Under the pieces are notes generated by a model that saw nothing but the letters and a program-made list of their open reading frames with translations, was not told the origin of the DNA and did no database searches. Below are positions 12,201 to 21,418 of a DNA stretch of 64,000 nt, piece by piece. The position numbers and the translations under genes were made by a program. Within the stretch, counting starts at the first letter, position 1; each line of letters begins with the position of its first letter. Source of the DNA: Laetmonice hystrix (taxonomy: Eukaryota). The stretch lies in the NCBI GenBank assembly GCA_965235115.1, contig OZ249443.1, forward strand, positions 6,882,001-6,946,000, given 5' to 3'.

Positions 12201-15200
12201 TGTTGACATCTTGATGATCGGAGCATGAGAACCAACACATACCTCGATCTGATGTCGATCGGATTTTCGTACACACTGAATTCAATCCTTTAAACATAGG
12301 ATCTTAACTGCAGCATGTTTGCTAGCAGTCAGGTGGCCATTTCATAGGTAGGAGCATTATTATTCTGTTGCATATTTTACCTCCACTTTAAAGGATTTAA
12401 AGGATTAGAAACTGTCACTCAAACTTCCAACTAAGGCCACCATCTTATATGTGACATTTAATCTTTTGAGGCCACTGAATACCAGAATTCTGGAGGCATT
12501 ACTGCCTATATAATATTTGTGCAGAAATTTAAAATTTAACTTGGTCGTAGGCCTAATCTGGTTATAAATTGTTATTCAGGACATGACTGTAATGATGGAG
12601 TCTCCATGAAGTAAAACCCAAGTGCAGATTTACAAGGGCCGTAGATAGAAGTATGGTTAACATAACAGAAGAAGAGTCACCAGTGAAGAACTGATGCAGT
12701 TCTACGCAGAGTTTGTTAGGCAAGACAAGACTTGAGGAGAATGGCTGAACTAACAAACTTCAATTTCAATCTCATGCTTTCTGTTATCATTTTTAAAGGA
12801 GAATTGTGGGACCTATGAGCAACTCAGCAAGACTAGTGGTTTCTTCTACTTCAATGCTGCAAGTCAAACTTGTACTGATGACGATGCAAGTCTACAGTTT
12901 AGTTATTGCAGCAAGGTTGTCGTTTTTAGTTAGTTATGGCAAGATCTCAACGACTGCTCTCTGGGCTAACCTCAGCAGATCCGTCAGTCAGGTATAAATC
13001 CAAATTTTTGGAGTCACAACCCTTGACAAAACATGGTGAGCTGCCAGTCGCGATCTTGAGACCTTGACATACCCCAGTAATCATCTCAAACCTGTTTTAT
13101 AACACTCCCACCAAAATGCTGGCAAATGCTGTCCCATTGTAGCTTCGTTATCTCAGGCTCAGAGGCAGAATTGCAAATAAATTGCACAGAAAAATTGAAA
13201 AATTTAAAGCATGCATGTCTTTTAAACTTTGAATTATGAGTGTACAGATGTCCACATTTGAATCATATGTATTACTTTGAACAGTATGTTCTCTCTTCAA
13301 GCTTAAGAATATTGGAGAATATAAAATTTAATTCAGCAACATAGAAGTTTGAGATGACACTGGCCAACATTTAATGGCAACGAAACACTTCTGTAATATG
13401 AACACAAATTTAATTTCTGCAAACAGTCTTGCACAGGCCTTCATAACTTACGTTTCAGACCTTCCTGTAAAGCGACTCTTCACCTTACGTATTATACTTG
13501 GTGGTCGAATAAGCTCTTTCAAAACATTAGACTCTGTGGCAAGTGGGAAGCCATTGTCCAACATCTCATCTAATATCTGGCAAAATCAATTTATATTTAC
13601 TTCGAGAGGGGTTCTCAGCTAATTTTTTATAATAGGACGGAGTGTGTAAATCTCAAGATTAATATTCATTTGCCGTATCCCAGTCCCTCCAGGTCCCCAA
13701 ATTATAATTATTTTGAGATCTCAGCACCTTTTCTCTGATCTCTGAGAACATAAATTTTGATGGGAAGAAAATGAACAAATTACCATTGAACATCAAACAA
13801 TCTCATGCCTGTAATTGCTGGGATATCAAACTGACAGCTTATGGAAGTAGTACTCACCTCATAAACAATAACATAATTCTCTTTAATTGTGGATTCTGTA
13901 CAATCAGTGAAGTAATCTTCAAATATGTCAATCACCCGATGCAGGAACTCTATCACAAACAGTGGCGGAACTAGAAATGAAAAAAAAAACATACTGGTAG
14001 AATCACGAACTCGAAACAGTGGCATTTCTTATACACCAGCCATTCAACGTAGATTTAAAAATTCCACAACAACTGAAGGGCCTCAGGAATTGATCAGTTA
14101 CCTTCCGTCATTGTGACAGCCACTACATACAGCTGATGTCGGAATATGTTGATGAGGTAGTGATGTGGAGTTGCAATAACAGGTGCAACATCTTCTGGTG
14201 ACGCAGCCTTCATGGAAAGAAAACAAATATTTTGTCTACAAAAGTCATTTTCTCCCCATCTTTCAGACTACTGTAGGCATGACCATATCTAACTTTGGTA
14301 TCTAAATAATATGCCTGCTCAAAATAAACATTTTTAGTATAATTTGATAAATTATGGGTATAAGCAGTCAGCATTACAACTAAATGAATGTTTTTCCTGC
14401 TCCCTAACGTTTTTTGGACCGCTGTTACGTTTAGATCTTATATTAGCTGCCTGACCATATCCTAAACTACTGTAAACAACTACATGGTGTTAACATTGCC
14501 CTGACTATATCATAAACTGACTGATCTTATTTACCAGCCTGACCATATCCTAAAAAACTGACTGACCAAGACACATTCTGACTGATCATTTTTAAATAAA
14601 TGATTTCTAATAAATTAATAAAATCACATTAAGTTTCATTCTAACCTTGCTCTGTGCCTCAAAGAAGTAGTCACATATAGACCGATGAATTACACTTTTC
14701 CAGTGTTTTTCCATAAATACGTCTCTGCAAAAGTGAAGACAGATTCAAAGCTCATGTGTTTTAACGGCACAGTTTCACCAAGTCAAACTGTAGCAGTCGT
14801 CCAGACCTACATAAACATGAAAATCTTATCATACATATACATGTACACCAGCCATAACCAATCTTCATGACTTTTACTATCCTGCTTGTTTCTACGAAAC
14901 ACCCAGCTACCATCCCCAGGTGCAGACCTAGGCAGGGCCCTCAACCTTAACCATGCCTTGCTGGCCCTTGGCCTCATGCCCTTTTCCCTCAACCCCTCCC
15001 AACCAGCCTATATTAGACGACTCATGCACACTACAAGATGCTACTAGTACTTTACTGAGGCCTGTATGCCACAGATATTTACATGGTACATACAATGCCC
15101 TTCTGTTAATGACAGTGTAACAGTAAAACGGGATCCATTGCATAAACTTTTCCAGAGATAATCTGTCCTGTCTGCAAAGAAATATATTACAATGATCTAA

Positions 15201-17443
15201 CTTGATTTACTTCTGACAATAGCGAAATGGGATAAGTAAACATGCCATGCTTCTCTTAGACGGTAAAAAATGAGATCAATTTTTACCCAGACTTCATACC
15301 TGCCAACATTTGGTCGACGGAATCCGGAATCATCCCAAATTGACTTTTGATACTCTCTCTATGGGCCCCTTTCTTTTATCCATCTCTCTCTCCTCCTCCT
15401 CTCCATTACTGACAGAAAGCACAACTCTGATTTACTAAACTTACCGTAATCTTCCGTGTATAAGCCGCACTTTTTTCCTCCTCAAATTAATCATAAATCA
15501 GGGGTGCGGCTTATACATGGCCACAAGCATCTGGAGACTTCTAGACTACGTCTATGTGGAGACCAAGTCATCCCTAGGTGGCGCCACCAACGCTATTATT
15601 ACACCCCTAGTGGTGGTATTGCGAATAAAGTATTAATGTTATATAGAGAGTTATAGATTTAAAGAAACATATAGAGAGAGATATAGACAGACTCACAGAG
15701 AAAGATTCTGGGCAAGATCATCATTTGAATGGGACAAAGGACAGGCATTTCTGATGGGAACTGGCCTGCTTTATGCCCACAACCCGTTAATACCCATTGT
15801 TTTACGTGTGACTCTTTGCTGACTAAGACAGTGAGATGGATTCCCAAAATAAAAGTGGGTCCTATTGTTTTCAATGCCCCGTGAAAGCAACGGCCCGTTT
15901 AACAATGGGAGGTGATGGTGGCACCGGCGTCTGGCCAACCTCTTTTCACACTATGGCCAAGCTGGTGAAACACCTAGCTGATACACGTCTCAGCATGTAG
16001 GGTTGATGGTTGGGGCCCAACTTTGCTACGACTGGCATCAGAAACGTGAATTTTTTTTTCTCTGACTTTTGCTCTAAAAACGGGGGTGCGGCTTATACAT
16101 GGCCGCGGTTTCTACACGGAAGATTACGGTAGTCTGGAGATCTAGTTATATGGCAGAGACCATAAACGATCTTTTTGCCAGTGAAATTCTGCCATGAGCG
16201 AGAGATTTAACATGTATTTGGAGGGAATCTATACTTATTCTGTAAATTTTATGATTCCGTAATATTTAGAGAGTAATCCAAAATGCGGAATACCGCATTT
16301 AAATCGGAAACATTCCGCAGAATGCGGAAGGGTTGGCAGGTATGAGACTTGTTCATATTCCTGCCCATGAGCACCTGGACCCCATTTCACACTAAGCCGG
16401 CGACATCGCCAAATGGACAGCGCAGCCCCATATAAGGTAATATGTTGCCCGTTCTAGCGACATGCCCCATTGCTTTAACGTTGGCCGCAACAGGCGACAT
16501 TTATTAAACAGGCCCCTGTCCGACTAAACACCAAAACAGACCATTTTTATCTGTAGCCAGTAGGTCGGTATATATTCCAAGGAAGGTTTCAATCAGTTTC
16601 AATATATTAGCTCGGTTTCGGTGTTTAGTCACAATCTGTGTCCACTACTGCCAAAAACAGAAAGCATGCATGGCCCCAATGCTTCGTTGTAAGGTAATGC
16701 TAATCAAGCATCAAGGTGATAAATCATGTCAACGACTTTAAGCGTGGTATAAATGGGTAACATGACACATCCGCCCGTAGCCATGTCCGCCCGGTCATGT
16801 CCGCCCCCCCGGGATGTAGCCCCTTCATCATGTCCGGCCCTCACCGCTCTGCTCAAGTGGCGCCCGGCAAGGGACACGTTACCTACGAGGTGGCTCTCAT
16901 TTGTTGGGCACTTAGCGATTACAATAGTTGATCTAGAGTTGTTGATACACTCCTCTAACTCAGTAGACTGTCCTAGTCACATTGACGGCTTTTCCCGGGA
17001 CCACGGCGGCAGGGTGGGTAGAGTCGAGTGTCTATCACAGAGGCACGGTGGGCAGGCGGGCATAGTACCGAGGGGCGGACATGACCGGGCGGACATGGCG
17101 ACGGGCGGACATGTCGTGTATAAATGTATCTATAGAAGAGTTTTTATATTAAGCCAGTTACAACCAACGCGGAATCGAATGGGCACTGACTGAAGGCGAA
17201 GCGGTTAGCCTCTCTCTCTATGTCTATGACAGTAAAGTGACGCCGCCACGCAAATGACCTCAAAATAACGTTTCATGTAGACACTTCCTTCGATCCCTTC
17301 CACAGTTACAGAGACAGTCAGTGCCAGTGGGGATGGACTGACTGAGTGGGCCGGTGGGCGGTGTCTGTCTGGACACCGAGTACAGCCACAATCTGACGTC
17401 ATACTCACCCAGACGTGTTGATTATAAACAAACTGTGAATCAT
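167..17443 (-). CDS. AP3M1: AP-3 adaptor complex mu subunit (mu3), complete spliced gene, 418 aa
   Basis: Exons joined in frame through GT-AG sites: 17409-17443, 14646-14724, 14102-14207, 13858-13970, [13452-13576 OR 11939-12063], 11297-11456, 11050-11163, 10866-10939, 10586-10691, 8316-8474, 8024-8074, 7724-7792, 167-232. Total 1257 nt = 418 aa + TAG. The translation (MIHSLFIINTSGDVFMEKHWKS...DEMLDNGFPLATESN...VPWRRTGVKYTNNEAYFDVIEEIDAIIDKSG...KYKPFKGVKYVTKAGKFQVRT*) closely matches vertebrate mu3A/mu3B as recalled. AP3M1 versus AP3M2 cannot be resolved; probably a single pro-orthologue. Confidence 0.96.
2800..3850 (+). mobile_element. Decayed non-LTR retrotransposon (LINE) reverse-transcriptase fragments
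   Basis: Short degenerate motifs in RT order: KAFDT (aag gcc ttc gac acg, 2961-2975), QQGLLSQTLLFN (about 3710-3745; cf. QGSxLSPxLFN) and LIADTQDSVFLY (about 3795-3830; cf. LFADDxxLY). Stops and frameshifts interrupt them. Confidence 0.4.
4292..5875 (+). repeat. Minisatellite, 18-bp unit CTGAGGGTCAACTGTATG (17- and 19-bp variants), with an 806-bp higher-order duplication
   Basis: Direct reading; rare variants recur at +806 (4475/5281, 4621/5427, 4971/5777). Confidence 0.97.
6146..6927 (+). repeat. Near-perfect minisatellite, 23-bp unit AGTCCCGTTAAACACGGAACTCC x34
   Basis: 782 bp / 23 = 34 units; only two adjacent units carry a G>T change (about 6700-6725). Confidence 0.98.
7724..7792 (-). 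CDS. AP3M1: AP3M coding exon 12 (VAFTINQLAVSGIKVNRLDMYGE)
   Basis: 69 nt, caccag| acceptor, GAG|gtaggt donor. Confidence 0.93.
8024..8074 (-). CDS. AP3M1: AP3M coding exon 11 (INLQTGVPPPDSNPTIS)
   Basis: 51 nt, ttacag| acceptor, TCA|gtaagt donor. Confidence 0.9.
8316..8474 (-). CDS. AP3M1: AP3M coding exon 10 (VENVVVEIPFSKAVLNVTLTPTQGKYSFDPVAKVMTWDVGKIDTTKLPNIRGS)
   Basis: 159 nt, tgacag| acceptor, TCG|gtgagt donor. Confidence 0.94.
8499..8630 (+). repeat. Minisatellite, 18-bp unit CCATTGTACAGTAAGAAA x about 7
   Basis: Direct reading; one unit is shortened by 3 bp. Confidence 0.95.
10586..10691 (-). CDS. AP3M1: AP3M coding exon 9 (MVAIPVYLRHSISFKDGGSGKLDITVGPKQTMGKS)
   Basis: 106 nt, ttttag| acceptor, TCA|gtaagt donor. 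Confidence 0.94.
10866..10939 (-). CDS. AP3M1: AP3M coding exon 8 (SERILSFVPPDGSFRLISYHIGSQ-N)
   Basis: 74 nt, tttcag| acceptor, AA|gtaggt donor; SFVPPDG motif. Confidence 0.94.
11050..11163 (-). CDS. AP3M1: AP3M coding exon 7 (VDCLIKLSGMPDLTLSFVNPRLLDDVSFHPCVRFKRWE)
   Basis: 114 nt, ctgcag| acceptor, GAG|gtaacg donor; LSGMP and FHPCV motifs of mu adaptins. Confidence 0.95.
11297..11456 (-). CDS. AP3M1: AP3M coding exon 6 (VSATLPTGQLSNVPWRRTGVKYTNNEAYFDVIEEIDAIIDKSGSTVFAEIQGY)
   Basis: 160 nt, ccttcag| acceptor, TAT|gtgagt donor; start of the mu homology domain (NEAYFDV motif). Confidence 0.95.
11939..12063 (-). CDS. AP3M1: AP3M alternative exon 5B (LLDEMLDNGFPLATESNILKELIKPPNLLRTITDTVTGKST-S)
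   Basis: 125 nt, aactcag| acceptor, TC|gtaagt donor; closer to vertebrate mu3 (LLEEMLDNGFPLATESNILKELIKPP). Confidence 0.9.
13452..13576 (-). CDS. AP3M1: AP3M alternative exon 5A (ILDEMLDNGFPLATESNVLKELIRPPSIIRKVKSRFTGRSE-T)
   Basis: 125 nt, ttttgccag| acceptor, AC|gtaagt donor, open frame. Paralogous to exon 5B with the same length and phase. Missed by the ORF track. Confidence 0.85.
13858..13970 (-). CDS. AP3M1: AP3M coding exon 4 (VPPLFVIEFLHRVIDIFEDYFTDCTESTIKENYVIVYE)
   Basis: 113 nt, ttctag| acceptor, GAG|gtgagt donor. Confidence 0.95.
14102..14207 (-). CDS. AP3M1: AP3M coding exon 3 (AASPEDVAPVIATPHHYLINIFRHQLYVVAVTMTE)
   Basis: 106 nt, aag| acceptor, G|gtaact donor; longin-domain sequence. 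Confidence 0.92.
14646..14724 (-). CDS. AP3M1: AP3M coding exon 2 (DVFMEKHWKSVIHRSICDYFFEAQSK)
   Basis: ttgcag| acceptor, AAG|gttaga donor, 79 nt, phase-compatible with neighbours. Confidence 0.93.
15295..16344. mobile_element. Non-autonomous DNA transposon, 13-bp TIR CATACCTGCCAAC and 6-bp TSD AGACTT (hAT-like, 6-bp TSD class), interrupted by a nested MITE
   Basis: catacctgccaac at 15295-15307 and gttggcaggtatg at 16332-16344; agactt directly flanks both ends (15289-15294, 16345-16350); CGGAA subterminal motifs. Confidence 0.85.
15444..16129. mobile_element. Tc1/mariner-pogo type MITE, 17-bp perfect TIR CCGTAATCTTCCGTGTA and TA TSD
   Basis: TA|ccgtaatcttccgtgtataagccgcac ... tacacggaagattacgg|TA; subterminal GGGGTGCGGCTTATACATGGCC occurs twice (about 15501 and 16083); no transposase ORF. 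Confidence 0.88.
16756..17117. mobile_element. MITE-like element with about 45-bp imperfect inverted arms built from CATGTCCGCCCG subrepeats; possible 9-bp TSD GTATAAATG (Mutator-like)
   Basis: The left arm (about 16767-16808) is the reverse complement of the right arm (about 17072-17114); gtataaatg occurs at 16747-16755 and 17118-17126. The extreme termini match poorly. Confidence 0.6.
17409..17443 (-). CDS. AP3M1: AP3M coding exon 1 (MIHSLFIINTS-G)
   Basis: ATG at 17443-17441 in context caccATG; donor GG|gtgagt; upstream cag/cag acceptor implies a non-coding 5' exon. Confidence 0.92.
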
Positions 17444-18289
17444 GGTGATCCTGCTGTATATGAACAGTCAAATAATGAATTAGTAGCCCTCCGGTAGAAA
17501 GGAAATGTAGACTATGTTCTCAACATCATCCTGCTTCAGTCTGCTCCTCCTCCTACCAGCATCGTCAGTGAGCAACTTCCGTTAAGTGACGTGTTAGATG
17601 TCGTAAAACCGACATCACTGTTTGGTTAGAGTAAAGATAATTGGAATGCCCAAATCAAGAGAGTAGTTGGGTCAGAGTATTTTTTAAAATTGCATAATGG
17701 CAATATAATTAAAAGAACCCCCCTCCCCCAGTAAAATGAAGAATCTGTCCCCGAAATGTCGTTCGACAGTTCAGAATAAATCCTCCAGGTGGCGACTTCT
17801 GTAAATTAAAACGCCCCCTTGCGTCAGAACACGGTATTATGTTCGCCAGTCTTATGAAAGCATGGTTCAGAGATTGTAATCTCTAGCTGATAGGATCATA
17901 GGTTGTCAATAGATGGTCTTGATAAGACTGGGGACCATGATCATTCGTCGCGGAACTTCTGTTATTAGGCTTAACTAATTATTCACTAGAAACTATGATT
18001 GGCAAGCAAATCCCATTTCCCAAATGGATAGCTTGTGTTAGGCCTATACTATAGGCTAGACTAGTAAATAGGCATAGGCCCTATTTATGCACAACATTTA
18101 TTCACAAATATAGGCCTAGATGTGTGTAGAGTATACCTAGAGGACGCTGTCTGTAGGCTGCCAGTGGTGTCGATGATAACTTGGTCACACGGCCTAGTAT
18201 AGTCCTGAGGGGGACACTGAGTTCCTACATGTCGTTTTTCTTTTTCTGGAGGAAAATGTTTCTGAATATTGCAATGTTCTAAAGAGGTA

Positions 18290-18390
18290 TTCAGCCACCA
18301 CCGCGTGGCGCTGCGATGTAAATATAGCCGCCTAGCGTCCAAAATTGGAACCAATGAAAAATCGTAGGATCTCTGATCTGTGGGCGGGTT
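18290..18390 (-). promoter_or_regulatory. Candidate AP3M proximal promoter
   Basis: CpG-richer patch about 900 bp upstream of the ATG with inverted CCAAT boxes (attgg 18344-18348, ccaat 18351-18355) and a GC box (gggcggg 18382-18388). The TSS was not located. Confidence 0.35.
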
Positions 18391-19199
18391 TCATTCTGTC
18401 ATAAAGGCCAAACAATTAATAGGCATGTTTTAAAACATACTACACGTACCCCCGGTATAGATATGCTGGGAGAAAACAGTGTTTGAGACAGTAACTTTCT
18501 CCACGACAAACTGCACAAACCCAGGAAACTTTTTATAAAATAATTTATTTTCATTGATGTACAATGTAATTCCAAAACTGTGAACAACAACTGATATTTG
18601 GTGCAGTGTCTGGTGCACGCTCGGCAGCACACGCACAGAACGACCACAACACCGTTAAAGTCTACAATACTTTTTTTTATCATAGTCTTTATGAAAGAAA
18701 TGTTTATCACTGTGCCTGTAACAATGCATCAGTTACCACTGAAAAAAAAATGAAGTGACTGCATGCTAACTAACTTGATAGCATTGCTGTAAACAATATG
18801 AAACTCTCAAATATTTCTTCTTTCTGCAAATGGGGGTTTCTGTAGTTGAACACCTCCTACAGGAACACAAACTGACCAGTCAACTCCCTCACCCCAAATA
18901 TTACTTCCAGTTTGGATCGACTTCGATTCGACCACAACTACCTAAATATCCGTTTTCCTAACTTGGTACAATCTAAGTACCCAGCAGGTGTCTTGATCCT
19001 TATTCCTCTACGATACCATCTCATCTAATTTTGCATTAAACAACTAAATATACGATAAAAACTTCAAAAATAGAACTAACTATTATTAATATATATTTTT
19101 CCCCTCTCCCGCCGAGACCCTTTAGTATAAATCTGGTAACTTAAAAACAGTGCGTGTCTAGTTAGTATTTGGTTCGCCTACACTATTACGCCAGGGCTG

Positions 19200-19720
19200 T
19201 GGATTTCACATACAGTGGAAGCTCGTTTTCATTGGTGCGTCGGTGCGTGGCAGACTTTTTAGTGTACTCCAGTACCGCTAGGTGTCGCATGGAGTATGTA
19301 TCTCAGACGTCCCGAACCATGAAGACCGGGCTTTCCTTCCACAGGAAATCTACATGTAGTAATACTTTGCAACCAACTCGCCTTAAATTTCTACTTCGTG
19401 CCCTTTATTTCCCATATATCTATACTACTGTACTGGAAATGTGGGTGGAACTGCCCGACCCGACCAGTTCATCCTGTGTTTACATGTATCCCTGCCTAGA
19501 TATTGCTTAATGAACTGACTTTGATTCAGCGTTGTGTACCGTCATTCACCTTGATAATACCGTTTGTATATTATCATTCCACGCCTCTCTCTTATACTGT
19601 GCAATGTACACTAAGTGCTGAAAGCTTCAAAATGTATACAGGTGCAACACCAGCTGAACTCAACACTTCAGAGCAAGTGCATGACAAGGGAAAGAACGCG
19701 TTGTCAATGTTTAATAATTG
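19200..19720 (+). mobile_element. Possible decayed LINE ORF2 C-terminal fragment
   Basis: LLRALYFPYIYTTVLEMW and FKMYTGATPAELNTSEQVH loosely resemble the post-RT region of CR1/L2-like LINEs (LYxSxxxPYxxYxxxVW; MYKxxxxxLPxxF...VH). Weak. Confidence 0.3.
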
Positions 19721-21241
19721 GCTGCTCCCCAACAGGTTTCCCCTAGCTACTGGCCCCGGTTTTTAAGCATAAGGTCGTGCTTAAAGGTTAAGCACAAACT
19801 AAAGTTTTGGAAAACCGGGCATTAGTATTACTTTATCTCATCTGCTTTACGCAGGACAATGCAATTTACCTCCACAAATCCCAATTCTGCGGCTTCTGTT
19901 TTTCTTGCCTGTCTCTGTCTTAGACTCTAAATCTACATGGGTGTGTGGCCAGTTTCTCTGACCGTTAAACACTCCATAGTCAATCAACTTTTGGGCAAGA
20001 TGATATGCACGCCATAATCTCAAACTGTTTTCCTTGCGTGCCATAATCTTTGGGCGCAGTCAGTGCTGCCACCTGGTCTTAGTCATTTGAACTTTTAGCG
20101 ACTTCCGATGCCGTTAACAACGCGTGTCTATGAAGAATTCAAAATTTATATAACAATTTTAAAAAAAACACCCATATACAATTCGAAAAGGGGAAAGGAA
20201 TATTGAAGCACGTTATCACATGTCATCGGTTCCAACCTTAATTTTCCGTCATTTTATCAGGTAAAAAAAAAGACTAAACCCCGATTCTGTGAGGAGTTCC
20301 TAGAATGTGGGGTTAGGGTGTACAGACACTCCCCACGTGACCATAAAACATATCCATGCGATTAATGGTCATGATATTAATATCAACACCAGTCCGGGAC
20401 CTAACGGGATCCACTGGTAACCTTCCACTCACCGATATGACCCTCCCCCCCCCCACCCCCCAACTTCCAACTGTTAAGTTTCCATTTATTAAAGTACCTT
20501 TACTTTTTCTCCGAAAACTCATACACCGCAGTTCACTCATCCTGCATGAATTGAACCTACACTTTCTATGTTCCTTAATCCTATGTACCGCCAATACAAC
20601 CAGGCCCACAACTCACAACTGGTACCCTCTCAATTTTGCACACTATAATTTCACCAAAGCCAAGTTCACTCTAGTCTATCCGACCAACTGAAGCGGAATT
20701 AGTTTACAATCTTGCAGTTATCAAAGACTCCAACAGATATAAACCAGCTGTTCAAGACAAAAACTAAAATAGAAATCTACACATAATGTTCTTTGAGTTG
20801 GCTTGGCGTACTCTCTATATCTTCAGAACATCTACATATGACATTTTGCATAGTATTGCGATCACTATATCCTTGATTATATAATATCTTCTGGATACCA
20901 CAGCGTACCCCTGTCACACCCCTTTCAAATATCTCTCTGCACAAGTTCATAATAAAAACACCAGCAAACTGTCAATAGTAACGATACTTGCAAACAATAA
21001 AGCTTTGCCGTTAGAGAAAAGAGGCCCGTGATAACGCATCCTAATGCTCTTTATCCCATGTAAATGGCAAGGTGGTCTTTGGACCTTTGAGGTTGAATCT
21101 GGACTGGCCACAACACAACAGCCTTGGATATTTGACTCGACCAGAGCGTTGACTATTCTGTTGTACTGTTGTGCTGCAGCACGTCAGTGTAACCGCACAA
21201 AATCACACTCTGAGCGTTAGACCGACCGACACCATACTGAT

Positions 21242-21258
21242 GCCGCCACCTAGCGGTT
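21242..21258 (-). promoter_or_regulatory. CTCF-like motif (AACCGCTAGGTGGCGGC)
   Basis: Match by eye to the CTCF core consensus CC(A/G)C(C/T)AG(G/A)(G/T)GGC(G/A); it lies between the two genes. Confidence 0.45.
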
Positions 21259-21418
21259 AAACCGCAAACTAGGATGCTCGCTGCTGGCGCAAAATACTAG
21301 AAATCAAAATGCTAGGTTTCAATGTCAAGAATGAGCACCTCCTTTGCATGCCAACTTCTACATGGGGCTGGATAGTGATGCAGACCACACTGTTGCGGCT
21401 GTCTTGACCAGACTGGCC

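Noticed and set aside
11939-13576. Exon duplicate as part of a second AP3M paralogue or pseudogene
   Set aside because: No other AP3M exon is duplicated in the window; both copies sit between single exons 4 and 6 with intact splice sites.
17451-17457. NAGNAG (CAGCAG) tandem acceptor upstream of the AP3M ATG
   Set aside because: Lies in the 5' UTR; a 3-nt shift has no coding effect, and such sites are common.
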